From Nitrospirota bacterium (GTDB lineage: Bacteria; Nitrospirota; UBA9217): 64,000 nucleotides of DNA. Every line of letters starts with the position of its first letter. Within the stretch, counting starts at the first letter, position 1. The notes beneath the pieces were generated by a model that was given only the letters and a program-made list of their open reading frames with translations, was not told the origin of the DNA and ran no database searches. This document shows positions 19,343 through 30,816 of the stretch, in pieces. The position numbers and the translations under genes are program-made. Where the stretch lies: the NCBI GenBank assembly GCA_035623825.1, contig DASPSR010000021.1, positions 40,342 to 104,341 of the forward strand, given 5' to 3'.

Positions 19343-19778
19343 GATGTACTCTCCTTAGCGCAGAATATGGCCTGATTATACCTCAGCCCGCCGAGGATTG
19401 TAAAGGAGCTTTCAGCGGCAGAACTCACATTCCCGTGTTACGCAGATCACATTGGCCCGTCCAGCGTCCATTTCACATTCCCATGCGGCAATTAAATCCG
19501 GAAACCACCCTTACCCTGAGGATCCGTCAAACGCGGACCGTACCGCGGCCACGACGCCTAAGGTAATGACTTCATCCTGCACGCATCAACTTGAACATTC
19601 GCCCTGTGCCTTCCCGTACAAGCCGTTCGCGGTCGGTGGCCCGAGGCTTCAAGGAAAGGCAGCTGAAAAGACTTTACAGGAATTCAGGCGCTAGATCGCT
19701 TGATCGTATCATCGCGCTATTACGGTCATTAAGGTGTGCGGAACTTCGTATGCGGATTGTCGAGGTAATCCCGATGGA

Positions 19779-20237
19779 TCAATAGCTCGTATAATTAATA
19801 AGATTGTCAACCCATTTGACCAGGTCTGTCTTCTCCTTAGGTGCGCCATCTACACGAATGATCTTCACGCCATTACGATAGACGATGAAGGTAGGTGTTT
19901 GCACGATCGCAAAGCGTTGTGCGAGGTATGCATCTATCTCGATATCGACCTTCATCACCTTGAGCCTGCCTGCTCGCTGCGCGGCCAGTTCATTCACCAC
20001 GGGATCGAATATCCTGCAGTAGAGACACGATGCGGACGTGAATACGACAAGGAGCGTTTCCGGCCAGTATGCCACAATGCGATCGAAGCTCTCGGGTTTC
20101 GCCCATATGGGTTGTTGCGGGATCTCGAGAATAGACTTGCAATTGCCGCAAACTGGTTTGCTCGAGAGCTTTTCCGAGAGAACGCGGTTCACCATCAGGC
20201 AGTTGTTGCAGCGGATGAAGACGGAAGTTTCTGACAT
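19779..20237 (-). CDS. thioredoxin-2-like protein with N-terminal zinc ribbon and atypical CLYC active site
   Basis: CNNC..NR..CGNC zinc ribbon; SASCLYC; cis-Pro motif QTPT; GAGG RBS. Confidence 0.82.
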   Translation of the reverse strand: MSETSVFIRCNNCLMVNRVLSEKLSSKPVCGNCKSILEIPQQPIWAKPESFDRIVAYWPETLLVVFTSASCLYCRIFDPVVNELAAQRAGRLKVMKVDIEIDAYLAQRFAIVQTPTFIVYRNGVKIIRVDGAPKEKTDLVKWVDNLINYTSY

Positions 20238-20633
20238 GTTTGTTGCAACCTCTTGTTCTTTAAAATTGTTGCCTCGACATCAAAAGCGACGAGCTCATTC
20301 TCATTGCAGGTAAGTTTAAGCAAAAGTGAGAAAATAGTCAAGCGGCAGAAACGGTCTTGAAAAGGCATGCGGCCTTGTTATCACCTCGATAGATAATTGA
20401 TGGCCGACGCCTGATGCTGGATGAAACTGACGGCGGGGGAAAAGGGTCACGGGGATCGATGCCCAGAGCTTATGGCCGAAAAAAAAGATATGGCCTGAAG
20501 CGCATTTCGATCTACGCATGTCGCGCGCCTCCTTCGTGCAAACAAAACCTGGATCAGACCAAAAGATTTCGTCGAGATTTAGATTGCTATTTTCTCGTTT
20601 TATTCTTGCTCCCGTTTATGATAAGATGAGGCC

Positions 20634-21209
20634 ATGAAGGAACATGGCGATCCGGAGAATCCTGAGAACATGGGCGAGCCCATGTCGTCTATCCCTGCCG
20701 AACAAGTAGGACCTGCTGATTATCTGCGGGCGGTGAAAGCCCATCTCAGGAACGGCAAGCAGAAAGATGCATTCAGCTTACTGTTGCAAGCCGCTGTGCA
20801 ATTTCCAGACGAACCCCTTATCCTTTCCTATTATGGTTGTCTCCAGGCGCTTGTAGACAAAAAGTACCGGAGCGGCGTTGAAACCTGCAAGAGGGCCATT
20901 GCTCTGTTTAAGGGGAAAAAGTCTTTTGGCGTTGATGTTCTCTATCCAGTCTTCTATCTCAATCTCGGCAGGGCATACCTTGCCGCGGGAAAGAAAAAGG
21001 ACGCAATCGAAGCTTTTCATAAAGGGTTAAAGTATGATAACGGCAATAATGACCTCCGTAAGGAATTACGGGGACTGGGGATAAGGAAAAACCCCCCGGT
21101 GCCGTTTCTCGACCGGTCGAATCCGATCAATAAATACATAGGCATGATCCTTCGGAAAACAAGTAAGGAGCCCGGAAAAGACAGGGGAAAAGGGACGAGG
21201 GGAAGGTAA
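20634..21209 (+). CDS. tetratricopeptide repeat protein
   Basis: FYLNLGRAYLAAGKKKDAIEAFHKGLKYD TPR pattern. Confidence 0.8.
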   Translation: MKEHGDPENPENMGEPMSSIPAEQVGPADYLRAVKAHLRNGKQKDAFSLLLQAAVQFPDEPLILSYYGCLQALVDKKYRSGVETCKRAIALFKGKKSFGVDVLYPVFYLNLGRAYLAAGKKKDAIEAFHKGLKYDNGNNDLRKELRGLGIRKNPPVPFLDRSNPINKYIGMILRKTSKEPGKDRGKGTRGR

Positions 21210-21351
21210 TGCCGGGTGAAGCAAATGGTGGTCGGTCAGAGTTGTACGGGATAAAGCCAGTTCTGTTTCGCTATCCTTGGGCTCCTCGTGGGAAATACTA
21301 CTTCACATCATCTGCATATCTGCGAGAAATACTTCTTTTTCACGTCATGCA

Positions 21352-22560
21352 TCAACTCTTATCCAGCGCCTGCTTCAGGTCGGCAATCAGGTCTTCTATG
21401 TCCTCCAGACCCAGGGCGAGCCTGACCAGATTGTCCACCATGCCGATTTTTTTGCGGTAGTCCTCGGGATAATCGAAGAACGACATCATCCACATCTGAG
21501 TCACCAGGCTTTCGCTCCCGCCGAGGCTTGGCGTGATAAGAAAAAGATCCAGTGAATCGATGAACCTCCGTGTCGCCGCGTCGTCGCCCTTGAGCAGAAA
21601 GGTGACCACGCTGCCGAACCCTTTCATTTGCTCCTTCGCGATTTTGTGGTCTGGATGCGACTCCAGTCCTGGGTACCATACCTTTTCTATCCTTGGGTGT
21701 GACTCAAGCATCCGTGCGACGGCGAGGCCGGCCTTGTTGTGGTGCTCCATCCTCAGGCCGAAGGTCTTGAGTCCGCGTTCGAGCAGGAAAGATGACAGAG
21801 GGCCCGGTGTAGCGCCGATCATGCGCTGCATGCGGTAAACGTCGTTCATGAGCTTGTCAGAACCGAGGGCGACGCCGGCCAGTAGGTCATTGTGGCCACC
21901 CAGGTATTTCGTGGCCGAATGGATCACTACGTCCACCCCTAGGTCCAGCGGCCGGATGTTGTAGGCCGTGGCGAGCGTTGCATCGATGATGGTCATGACC
22001 CGGTGCTGCTTCGCGACCTTCACGACCGCTGGGAGATCCAGGCAGCGAAGGTAGGGATTGGTCGGTGATTCTGTGAAGATGATGTTCGTGTTGGGGCGGA
22101 TCGCCTTTTCGATCGCCTCGGACGTGGGGTCCACCATCGAGACCTGGATGCCGAACTCGGCAAGCAGGTTAGCAGCAAAGTCGCGGGTCTGGCGGTAGCA
22201 GTCGCTCGTGAAAATGATGTGCCCATCGCGGCGCATAAAGGTCATGAGCGTCAGAATCACTGCTGCCATGCCCGTGGAGAAGAGCACGGCCCGTTCGGCG
22301 TTCTCAACAGCTGCCAATTTGCGCTCGCACTCTTGCTGTGTCGGGTTGCCGTAGCGCCCGTATTCATGTTCGCGTATCACCCTCCCCTCACTCTTGGACT
22401 TCATGAAGTCATAGACTTCCTGGGTGTTGTTAAAATAATAGTTCGAGGTGTGCACGATCGGTGTGGATACCGAATAATGTGCATGGGAAACGCGGTCCAA
22501 GCCGTGAATACCAAGGGTGGCTGGGTTCCATTTTTTGGGACTAGACTGTTTTTTTGCCAT
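21352..22560 (-). CDS. metB: cystathionine gamma-synthase (plant-type, Cys/Met PLP family)
   Basis: [32 protein letters not shown]; overlaps the thrC stop by 20 nt. Confidence 0.8.
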   Translation of the reverse strand: MAKKQSSPKKWNPATLGIHGLDRVSHAHYSVSTPIVHTSNYYFNNTQEVYDFMKSKSEGRVIREHEYGRYGNPTQQECERKLAAVENAERAVLFSTGMAAVILTLMTFMRRDGHIIFTSDCYRQTRDFAANLLAEFGIQVSMVDPTSEAIEKAIRPNTNIIFTESPTNPYLRCLDLPAVVKVAKQHRVMTIIDATLATAYNIRPLDLGVDVVIHSATKYLGGHNDLLAGVALGSDKLMNDVYRMQRMIGATPGPLSSFLLERGLKTFGLRMEHHNKAGLAVARMLESHPRIEKVWYPGLESHPDHKIAKEQMKGFGSVVTFLLKGDDAATRRFIDSLDLFLITPSLGGSESLVTQMWMMSFFDYPEDYRKKIGMVDNLVRLALGLEDIEDLIADLKQALDKS

Positions 22561-23899
22561 TCGTCTCATTCCTCTTCTGCAAGGCCTGCCGCAGGGCTTC
22601 TTTGACCGCGTCAACGCTCGGTGGCAGTTCAATGGGTTTATTAGCAAACCGGCACGGGAAGTCAAGCTTCTCCTCGTGATAGCTGACCTTGAAATCGGTG
22701 AACTTCAAGCCATGGGCTGTAGAGATGACAACGACGTGCTCGGACTTGTCGATTTGACCGGCCTTGAGCAGTTTGATCATGCCTGCCAGCGCAACGCCGG
22801 TATGGGGACAGTTGAACATCCCGGTTGTGTCACCGAGTGCCGCAGCATCAGCCAACTCCTGCTCGGTGGCATCCACGACGATGCCGCTGAATTGTTTCAG
22901 TGTCCGGATCGCCTTTTCGATACTCACGGGGTTGCCAATCTGGATAGCGCTGGCCAGCGTCTTTCGGGCCTCGATGGGCTCGAAGGTCTCAAAGCGCTTG
23001 AGATAGGAGCGGTAGAGCGGATTAGCACGCTCGGCCTGGGCCACGACTATCCTCGGCAAAGTGGCAATCAATCCGAGATCGCGCATCATGAGCAGCCCGC
23101 TACCCAGCGCGGATACGTTCCCTAGATTGCCGCCGGGGATAATGATCACGTCGGGGGTTTCCCAGTCGAATTGTTGGACGATCTCGATGCCCACGGTCTT
23201 CTGGCCCTCGATGCGGAGCGAGTTCATTGAATTGGCAAGATAGATCGTTTCGTCTTGGGTAATCTCCCGCACGACGCGCATGCAGCCGTCGAAGTCCGTG
23301 TCGAGGGAGAGGACCAGCGCTCCATTAGCGATGGGCTGGACGAGCTGGGCAATCGAAATCTTGCCCTTGGGCAAGAGCACGATAGACTGGATGCCTGCAG
23401 CGGCACAGTATACCGCTAGCGCGGCCGACGTGTCTCCTGTCGAAGCGCAGGCGACGGCCTGAATAGGCGCGCCTTCGCTGATCATCTGCTTGACCTGCGA
23501 CACAAGCACGGTCATGCCGAGGTCCTTGAATGAACCGCTGTGGGAGTTGCCGCAGAGCTTGATCCAGAGGTTGTCCAGACCGATCATCTTGCCGAACCGC
23601 TCTGCCCAGAACAGGTTGGTCCCGCCTTCGTACAGCGAGACGATGTTTTCGTTGTCGATCTGCGGCAGGACCCATTCCTTTTTGCCCCAGACGCCTGAGC
23701 CGTACGGCCACTGGGTAGACTTGTAGCGATCCTCGAACAGTTTCATCCACGCCTTGGCATCGCGGCGGGCCAGGGCGTGCACGTCGTGATGCACTTCCAG
23801 CAGCGAATCGCACGTTTTGCAGCGGTAGATGATCGTGCTGAGCGGATAGCGCTCTTTGCACTGCTCATTGATACACTGAAACCAGGCTCGATATGGCAT
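22541..23899 (-). CDS. thrC: threonine synthase (plant-type, long N-terminus)
   Basis: SGSFKDLG (PLP Lys), [27 protein letters not shown]; GGAG RBS before ATG 23899. Confidence 0.93.
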   Translation of the reverse strand: MPYRAWFQCINEQCKERYPLSTIIYRCKTCDSLLEVHHDVHALARRDAKAWMKLFEDRYKSTQWPYGSGVWGKKEWVLPQIDNENIVSLYEGGTNLFWAERFGKMIGLDNLWIKLCGNSHSGSFKDLGMTVLVSQVKQMISEGAPIQAVACASTGDTSAALAVYCAAAGIQSIVLLPKGKISIAQLVQPIANGALVLSLDTDFDGCMRVVREITQDETIYLANSMNSLRIEGQKTVGIEIVQQFDWETPDVIIIPGGNLGNVSALGSGLLMMRDLGLIATLPRIVVAQAERANPLYRSYLKRFETFEPIEARKTLASAIQIGNPVSIEKAIRTLKQFSGIVVDATEQELADAAALGDTTGMFNCPHTGVALAGMIKLLKAGQIDKSEHVVVISTAHGLKFTDFKVSYHEEKLDFPCRFANKPIELPPSVDAVKEALRQALQKRNETNGKKTV

Positions 23900-24171
23900 A
23901 GGCTCCACCCTCGGGTATTCGTATGCCGACAGGTTACCCAAAAGCCGGCTTGCGCGTGAGGTTTTTTATGATGCAGGTCCGCGAATGACCGTTGCTCCTC
24001 AGGCACCGGAGAATATATCATAATGACCGGCCAATAATCAATGCAAAATTGATGGTCCTACGGTCTTGGCGGCGTCAGGCTGCCGGCCGATTTGTCTGCC
24101 TGCGGATATGCGATCATGAAAATTACCGGTACGATCCGCTCAAGGCTGGAATACATGATAGAATTATCGGT

Positions 24172-27096
24172 ATGGACAGAAATGTCGATTTAGAGGAAAA
24201 AATACGAAAAACGAGTCGTGAGATTTTCTCCGCAATACGCGGCACGCCACTGCTCTTCGACACCAAGCGTTGGATCGGCCGTATCATGGCATGGTCGATG
24301 AAAAATGAGGACTTCAAAATCAGGCTTTTCCGCCTTATCGATGTTCTGCCCTCGCTGAAGACCGACGACCTCGTCGTCAGGCTGCTGAACGAGTATTTTG
24401 CCGGCGAGACGGCTCTACCGAAGATCATAAGCGGCGGTATAAAGAGAATTCCAAGGGATGGCATTGTTCCACGTGTTGCAGGGCGAGTGATCAGGAGAAG
24501 CGTAGAATCAATTGCCCGCCAATTTATCGCCGCCAACCGTGTCGATGATATCTTGAGAGCACTCGGCGATCTAAGAGCAGATGGCACCGAGTTCAGCATC
24601 GATCTTCTTGGAGAGGTCGTGGTGAGCGAAAAAGAGGCCCGGTCGCACGCCGAAGAGTACCGCGCTCTTCTCGATTTTCTGCACAAACAGTTCCCCAAAG
24701 AGGCCGGTCCGGATGTTTCGATCAAGGTCTCTTCCTTTTATTCTCAGATCGACCCTGTTGATTGGGAAGGCTCGGTAGAAAGGACCAAAGATAACCTGCG
24801 ACCGCTACTCCGACAGGCAAAGGATCAGAAGATATCGGTCACCTTTGACATGGAGCACCATCATTACAAGGACCTCGTTATCGCGGTCTTTAAAAGCATC
24901 CTCGAAGAAGAGGAATTCAGTGCGCTTCCGTTTGCGGGCATCGCGCTCCAGGCCTATTTGAAGGAAACTGGCAAGGATATCCTGGGTTTGATTCGGTGGG
25001 CACGGGGGCGGGGTAGGAAGATAAGAGTCCGCCTCGTGAAGGGCGCCTACTGGGATTATGAGGTCGTCGCAAACCGCCAGAAGGGGTGGCCCGTGCCTGT
25101 CTTTCTAAACAAGGACGAAACGGACTGGTCCTTTGAACGGCATACGAGGCTGCTCCTTGAAAACAGCGATATTATCCGCCCAGCCATCGCGACCCATAAT
25201 GTCAGAAGCATGTGTCATGCGATTGCCCTTGCCGATTCTTTGAATATCTCCAGACAGGAGTTCGAATTCCAGATGCTCTACGGCATGGCTGAGCCTATCC
25301 GGAAGGCCCTGCGTGAAAGGGGGTTCTCTGTGCGTGTATATACGCCGCTGGGGGAATTGATCCCCGGGATGGCCTATCTCGTGAGAAGGCTTCTCGAAAA
25401 TACGTCTAACGAATCTTTTCTGAGAAAATCCTTCGGCGAGGGGGCATCCTTTGATGATCTAATGCAGGCACCACGGGTGCATGAGGTGGTCTCCGGGGAA
25501 GGGACGTCCGACGGCGGCTTCAGAAACGAGCCACTTCTTGATTTTTCGAGCGCCCTGAACAGGAAGGGCATGGCAGATGCGCTTGGGCAAACAAGAAAAA
25601 GTATGAACGGGAAATATCCGCTGTGCATCGGCGACCGCGAGGTCTCGACAGATAACGTAATACTGTCGGTCAATCCGGCCCGACCGCGTGAAGTGGTCGG
25701 AAGGGTATCGTCTGCCACAGAACAGGAAGCTGACGAAGCCATAGCGGAAGCGCTTAAGGCCCGCGAGTCCTGGCGAAAGACCGACCCAAAAAAGAGGGCA
25801 ACCTACCTCTTCAGGGCTGCCGAGGCGATGAGGAAGAAACGAATTGAGCTTGCGGCGCTCGAAATCACCGAGGTTGGGAAGACGTGGAAGGACGCTGACG
25901 GTGATGTTACCGAAGCGATCGATTATCTTGAATATTACGGCCGCGAGATGCTGCGGCTCGGCAATCCAAGAACCCTTGGAGATTATCCGGGCGAGGAGAA
26001 CGAATATGGATATCAGCCGAAAGGGGTCGGCGTCGTCATCTCGCCGTGGAATTTTCCGCTGGCCATAGCGACGGGAATGACCTCCGCGGCGATCGTGACC
26101 GGGAACTGCGTCATCTTCAAGCCCTCGGGCCTCTCTCCGATCATGGGCTATAAACTCTGCGAGACATTCAGGTCCGTCAGCCTCCCGACCGGCGTGCTTC
26201 AGTTCCTTCCGGGACCGGGCAGCGAAGTTGGAGAATATCTTGTTTCCCATCCAAAAATAGATTTCATAGCCTATACCGGTTCAAAGGATGTGGGCCTCAG
26301 AATCGTTCAGATTGCAGGCGAGACTGTGAAGGGCCAGCGGAATTTAAAAAAAGTGATCGCCGAAATGGGCGGCAAGAACGCGATCATTGTAGACGAAACA
26401 GCCGATCTTGATGAAGCGGTGAAGGGAATCCTCGAGTCGGCCTTTGGTTTTCAGGGGCAAAAGTGCTCGGCTTGCTCACGAGTGATCGTTATAGGCGATA
26501 TATGCTCTGAACTCTGTGAACGGCTCACCGAGGCTACCTTGAGCATGCGGATTGGCGAGCCCGAGGAACCCGGCAGCGTGCTGGGACCGGTCATTGATGA
26601 GGCGGCTGTGAAGAAGATCACTGCCTATGTCGAGATCGGCAAGAAGGAGGGGAAGGCGATCGTAGAGAGGAAGGTTCCGGAGGCCGGATACTTTGTCGGA
26701 CCTGTCATACTGATTGATACAAAGCCCGAATCTCGCGTTGCCACGGAGGAGATATTTGGGCCAGTGCTCTCGATCATGAGGGCAAAGGATATTGATGGGG
26801 CTATACGATTGGCAAATGATAGCCAGTACGCTTTAACAGGGGGACTCTTCTCGCGCAGCCCCGCGAATATTGAAAAAGTAAAAAAAGAATTCCTGGCAGG
26901 CAACCTTTATATCAACAGGAAAATAACCGGAGCGCTCGTCGGCAGGCAGCCCTTTGGCGGATTCGGCATGTCGGGAGTTGGCTCCAAGGCCGGCGGGCCC
27001 GATTATCTTCTTCAGTTCATGAACCCAGTCTCTATCAGTGAAAATACGATCAGGAGGGGGTTCGCGCCCATCCGGAAAGGAGGAAGGCAAGACTGA
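24172..27096 (+). CDS. putA: bifunctional proline dehydrogenase / P5C dehydrogenase
   Basis: RLVKGAYWD, FQMLYGM, AYLVRRLLEN (PRODH); ISPWNFP, AEMGGKN, GQKCSAC, EEIFGP (ALDH). Confidence 0.93.
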   Translation: MDRNVDLEEKIRKTSREIFSAIRGTPLLFDTKRWIGRIMAWSMKNEDFKIRLFRLIDVLPSLKTDDLVVRLLNEYFAGETALPKIISGGIKRIPRDGIVPRVAGRVIRRSVESIARQFIAANRVDDILRALGDLRADGTEFSIDLLGEVVVSEKEARSHAEEYRALLDFLHKQFPKEAGPDVSIKVSSFYSQIDPVDWEGSVERTKDNLRPLLRQAKDQKISVTFDMEHHHYKDLVIAVFKSILEEEEFSALPFAGIALQAYLKETGKDILGLIRWARGRGRKIRVRLVKGAYWDYEVVANRQKGWPVPVFLNKDETDWSFERHTRLLLENSDIIRPAIATHNVRSMCHAIALADSLNISRQEFEFQMLYGMAEPIRKALRERGFSVRVYTPLGELIPGMAYLVRRLLENTSNESFLRKSFGEGASFDDLMQAPRVHEVVSGEGTSDGGFRNEPLLDFSSALNRKGMADALGQTRKSMNGKYPLCIGDREVSTDNVILSVNPARPREVVGRVSSATEQEADEAIAEALKARESWRKTDPKKRATYLFRAAEAMRKKRIELAALEITEVGKTWKDADGDVTEAIDYLEYYGREMLRLGNPRTLGDYPGEENEYGYQPKGVGVVISPWNFPLAIATGMTSAAIVTGNCVIFKPSGLSPIMGYKLCETFRSVSLPTGVLQFLPGPGSEVGEYLVSHPKIDFIAYTGSKDVGLRIVQIAGETVKGQRNLKKVIAEMGGKNAIIVDETADLDEAVKGILESAFGFQGQKCSACSRVIVIGDICSELCERLTEATLSMRIGEPEEPGSVLGPVIDEAAVKKITAYVEIGKKEGKAIVERKVPEAGYFVGPVILIDTKPESRVATEEIFGPVLSIMRAKDIDGAIRLANDSQYALTGGLFSRSPANIEKVKKEFLAGNLYINRKITGALVGRQPFGGFGMSGVGSKAGGPDYLLQFMNPVSISENTIRRGFAPIRKGGRQD

Positions 27097-27304
27097 AACT
27101 GACACTCCCTATTTAGTTCTTGTGCATTCTCATTCCCCCAAAAAGGCCGGCGATGCTGGGCCTGTTCCGGCAGCTCCGACTTTTATGTCCCGTGCTCCTT
27201 TGGCCGTGCTCTCTCTCCCGTCCCTTCTCTATGAGGTTGCTCAATCCCGCGGCCGTCGTATTATTCATTGACTGCCTCCTTGTTACAGCCTGGCTGACAG
27301 CCTG

Positions 27305-27880
27305 TCAACGCTTCAGCTTCTCCCGGTATTTGGCGCCATCCTTCCATGCATTGCCGACCTGTTCTCCGACTGCCCAGAAACGGTTGTCTGGCATGGTCAA
27401 GAGAAAGGGCCTGATTTTCCTCACATCAGGCTTGCCGCCCGTAAGGTACTGCTCCTCGGTGTAAATGGCGAGGACCTCTCCAATGAAGAAGGTGTTGGTG
27501 GGCAGGTCCACGGTCTGGACAACCCTGCACTCCATATTGAGCGGGCATGATGTTATGAGGGGCGCCGCCTTCAGTTCTCCATAAAAAACATCGAACAGCT
27601 TTGATTTGTCCTCTCGCTTGGCAGAGGCAATGCCGCAGTAATCGGTCACCTCGACCATATCCACTGTCGGTACGTTCACGCTGAACTGGCCTGTTTCGCG
27701 GATGGCCTGGTTGGTAGCATGCCCGTTGCCGACGCAGATGCCGAGCATGGCCGGATCGAAGTTCACGCGGGTCAGCCAGTCAAGGGCCATGAAATTGACC
27801 TTGCCCCGGACATGAGTCCCCAGAAGCGTCTGCGTCCAAGGTAGACAGAACAGATTCTTCTCAACAGGAATTTTACTCAT
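27305..27880 (-). CDS. flavin reductase family (flavoredoxin-like) protein
   Basis: NFMALDW, GQFSVNVP, TDYCGIAS, APLI..CPLNMEC, FIGEV. Confidence 0.88.
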   Translation of the reverse strand: MSKIPVEKNLFCLPWTQTLLGTHVRGKVNFMALDWLTRVNFDPAMLGICVGNGHATNQAIRETGQFSVNVPTVDMVEVTDYCGIASAKREDKSKLFDVFYGELKAAPLITSCPLNMECRVVQTVDLPTNTFFIGEVLAIYTEEQYLTGGKPDVRKIRPFLLTMPDNRFWAVGEQVGNAWKDGAKYREKLKR

Positions 27881-28733
27881 TCTAGTCCTCCTAGTTGCAG
27901 AATATTTTTTAAGTACTCGTAAATCTTCCGACGATATTGAGCAATATTGCCACAGCGAGCATTGAAAGCAAAATCTGGTCCCGATTGCCTCGAGGCTAAT
28001 TCTTGCTGCTTACCGTAAGCACTGTCTTAAGGGTGGCAGTCTGTACCGGATTGAGTCGCAACGGGATGAAGATTATTTGACTATGAAAGCTGGAGACGTC
28101 TGACATCTGCCTTGGAATGAGCAATTGTCATGACGCGGCAATATCCGACACTTGCATTACTGTCTTCGCGAAAGCAATGATAGTTTACAGTGATTATAGC
28201 AAAATTCTTTAAGCACTAGTAAAGCTTGAATGCATTTCGCCCCGCGCAACTGCTCGCAGCCTTTCCCCCATGAATGGCCGACGAGAACTCTTCACGCCGG
28301 CCTTCATTTCTTCTGCGCTATCCGCCGAGATAACCGCCGCGAGACACGCACGGGTCCTACGGTTGAAAGAGTATGAGACACAGGTTTCACCGCCGTTGTA
28401 ATAAAAGATTTCAACCTGTCTAAAGGCCCAGGATTGCCCTGTAACACCGCGGATATCAATTTGGATGAACCACTAATTTCCTAAAGATTACCGTAGATAA
28501 TGCCGAATAGATGTGAGGCAGAGAGTAACTGTCGCCATATACGAAGGCCCGCGTTGTCTTGTGGTTGAGAAGGTCGCAGATAGTTGGTGTAGGTACTGCG
28601 GATCTTGCTCGAAAAGGGTTGAAAAATTTAAATAATATATGTAAATAATTTCCCACAAAAAATTCAGAGTATTTAATTGTGTCGGTTAGGCATCTTTGCG
28701 TGGTGTTGCATGAATGGTCGTTAAGAGAATGCC

Positions 28734-30113
28734 ATGTTCACCAAATTTAAAAGCGTAAAATTCAAAATTGCCGGCATAGTGCTATTCTTGCTCGTTATCT
28801 CCGCCCTTGCTTTCTACACCATTACACTCGCGATAATGAACCGGTATATCCTCAATGAGGTTCTCAAAAGATCGGAAGCCCTTTCGAAAAGCATTGCGGC
28901 ATCCTCAGGTTACAGTCTACTTTCGAAGGACTTCCTCGGTCTTGACAATATGGTTTTCAAGATGCGTGAGTCAAATCAAGACGTAGAGTCCATAGCAATC
29001 GTAGGTCCTGATATGAAAGTCGTGGCGCACAGCGATATAGCCAAGGCCGGAAAGTTCCTGTCGCCCTCTCAGGGGCGCTTGCTCCAGCAAGGCGCTGATG
29101 GCACTATCATAACAGACTCAACGAGTCCGTCAGTCGAATGTTTCGAAATCATAAGCCCCATTGTCTCATTCAATAAACGGCAGGGTTCCGTAATTCTCAA
29201 CGTGAACAAGTCAGCGCTGCACGACGCCCAGCACGCAGCCCGAAAGAGGATTATGACTTTTTTTGCTGTAATTCTCATGCTGGGCATTGCAGGCAGCATT
29301 GCCCTTTCGTCGTTCTTGACAAAGCCGATTGAGGAGCTTTCAGCAGGGGTAGATGACCTTAAGGAAGGGAAAAGGTATCGGCAGCTCAAGATCTATTCTC
29401 AGGACGAGTTCGGGAAATTGACTGCAAGCTTCAATGAAATGATGGTATTGATAGACGATCAGAGCAGCAAGCTCAACAAATACGCCAAGGATTTGGAGGA
29501 TGCCTATGTTTCCACGGTGAGGGTGCTAGCGGCGGCAATCGATGCGAGGGATCCTTATACCCACGGGCATTCAACAAGAGTTTCCATGCTTTCTCTGCAA
29601 CTCGGGAGAGAAATCGGGTTGGGCAACGAGGCGCTGGAGGAACTCGAGGTATCATGCCTGTTCCATGATATTGGAAAGATCAAAACACCGGACTCAATCC
29701 TCCGCAAAAGAGGCAAACTGAATGAATGGGAATACAAGGAAATGATGCGCCATACTGAATACGGGGCCGACATTCTCAGTAAAGCGCCGTCACTGCAAAA
29801 ATATATACCGCCAGTTAGGCACCACCACGAGTGGTTCAACGGGAAAGGCTATCCCGACAGGCTTAAGGGGGATGACATTCCTCTGTTTGCCGCCATCATT
29901 GCAATAACCGATACTTATGACGCAATGACGTCGAGCAGGCCCTATCGGAGCGCCATTTCGGAAATTGAGACGTTGGAGGAGCTCATGAAGTATGCCGGCG
30001 CGCAATTTCAACCAGACCTCGTGAAGGTCTTCACGGGGATCATGGACAAGCGGATTACTGAGGAAATGCAGGAGTCGGTTAAAAGATTATGCAGCTCCTT
30101 TCCTGTAAAATAA
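28734..30113 (+). CDS. membrane HAMP + HD-GYP cyclic dinucleotide phosphodiesterase
   Basis: Two TM helices flanking a periplasmic domain; HAMP DEFGKL; HSTRV, HDIGKI, HHEWFNGKGYP, DTYDAMTSSRPYR. Confidence 0.92.
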   Translation: MFTKFKSVKFKIAGIVLFLLVISALAFYTITLAIMNRYILNEVLKRSEALSKSIAASSGYSLLSKDFLGLDNMVFKMRESNQDVESIAIVGPDMKVVAHSDIAKAGKFLSPSQGRLLQQGADGTIITDSTSPSVECFEIISPIVSFNKRQGSVILNVNKSALHDAQHAARKRIMTFFAVILMLGIAGSIALSSFLTKPIEELSAGVDDLKEGKRYRQLKIYSQDEFGKLTASFNEMMVLIDDQSSKLNKYAKDLEDAYVSTVRVLAAAIDARDPYTHGHSTRVSMLSLQLGREIGLGNEALEELEVSCLFHDIGKIKTPDSILRKRGKLNEWEYKEMMRHTEYGADILSKAPSLQKYIPPVRHHHEWFNGKGYPDRLKGDDIPLFAAIIAITDTYDAMTSSRPYRSAISEIETLEELMKYAGAQFQPDLVKVFTGIMDKRITEEMQESVKRLCSSFPVK

Positions 30114-30682
30114 TATCTCTCCATGCTGTCCTGATGCTCCTGATATTTTCTTCCTGTATGCCGCAGAAGAACTCAGGATTTGACAAAACATCGGTCGATA
30201 GAACCCGTCGGGAGGTTGACCGAATACGTCTGAAATCCGAACAGTATATTGACCAGGGCGATTATAATAGTGCGTTGGATATCTACGCCGACGCCTGCCG
30301 TAAATATTCCGATGATCAGGCCCTCTTTACGAACTACGATAAGACCAGAGTGCATATTCACCGTATCGCCGATGAGGCTTTCAGCAGAGAGGATTTTGCA
30401 TCATCAGGGCGAGCATATTATGTTTTACTGAAAAACTATTCCTATTGCCCGGAACTCTTTCAGGAACCATCGTTTGACAAGGGATTTCTTCATGATAGAG
30501 TGGAGCATTGCAGTTATAATCTATCGCAACGTGCACTGGCCGAATACAGAAAGGGTAACCTCTCCGATGCAATTTCCATCTGGAAAAGCATACTTGAATT
30601 CGATCCGAATAATGCAGGCATTATCAAAGCCATCAATACGGCGACTATCCAGCTGAAAAATCTTCAGCAAAAAACGGAGTGA
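30089..30682 (+). CDS. TPR-like lipoprotein
   Basis: Lipobox-like IFSSC; helical repeats (AISIWKSILEFDPNN); overlaps the HD-GYP stop. Confidence 0.7.
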   Translation: MQLLSCKIISLHAVLMLLIFSSCMPQKNSGFDKTSVDRTRREVDRIRLKSEQYIDQGDYNSALDIYADACRKYSDDQALFTNYDKTRVHIHRIADEAFSREDFASSGRAYYVLLKNYSYCPELFQEPSFDKGFLHDRVEHCSYNLSQRALAEYRKGNLSDAISIWKSILEFDPNNAGIIKAINTATIQLKNLQQKTE

Positions 30683-30816
30683 AAAAAACCACTCATTGCC
30701 CTTTCGCCGTCTTGTCATCATTGCAGACCGCAGGCTGCCGGTTGCAAAACCCCGCTGTTTGTGATACTGTAGGCCCTTCCTAACCTTACCCCAAAAGGGG
30801 AAGGTGCATCCACCTT

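Noticed and set aside
23900-24060. SAM riboswitch or T-box upstream of thrC-metB
   Set aside because: Only a modest hairpin near the RBS; no SAM-I core or T-box sequence recognised
28325-28440. Possible c-di-GMP-I (GEMM) riboswitch upstream of the HD-GYP gene (contains GCGA and CACGGGTCCTAC)
   Set aside because: Lacks the conserved GCAAAG/GGAAAG junction and a convincing P1; a covariance-model scan would settle it
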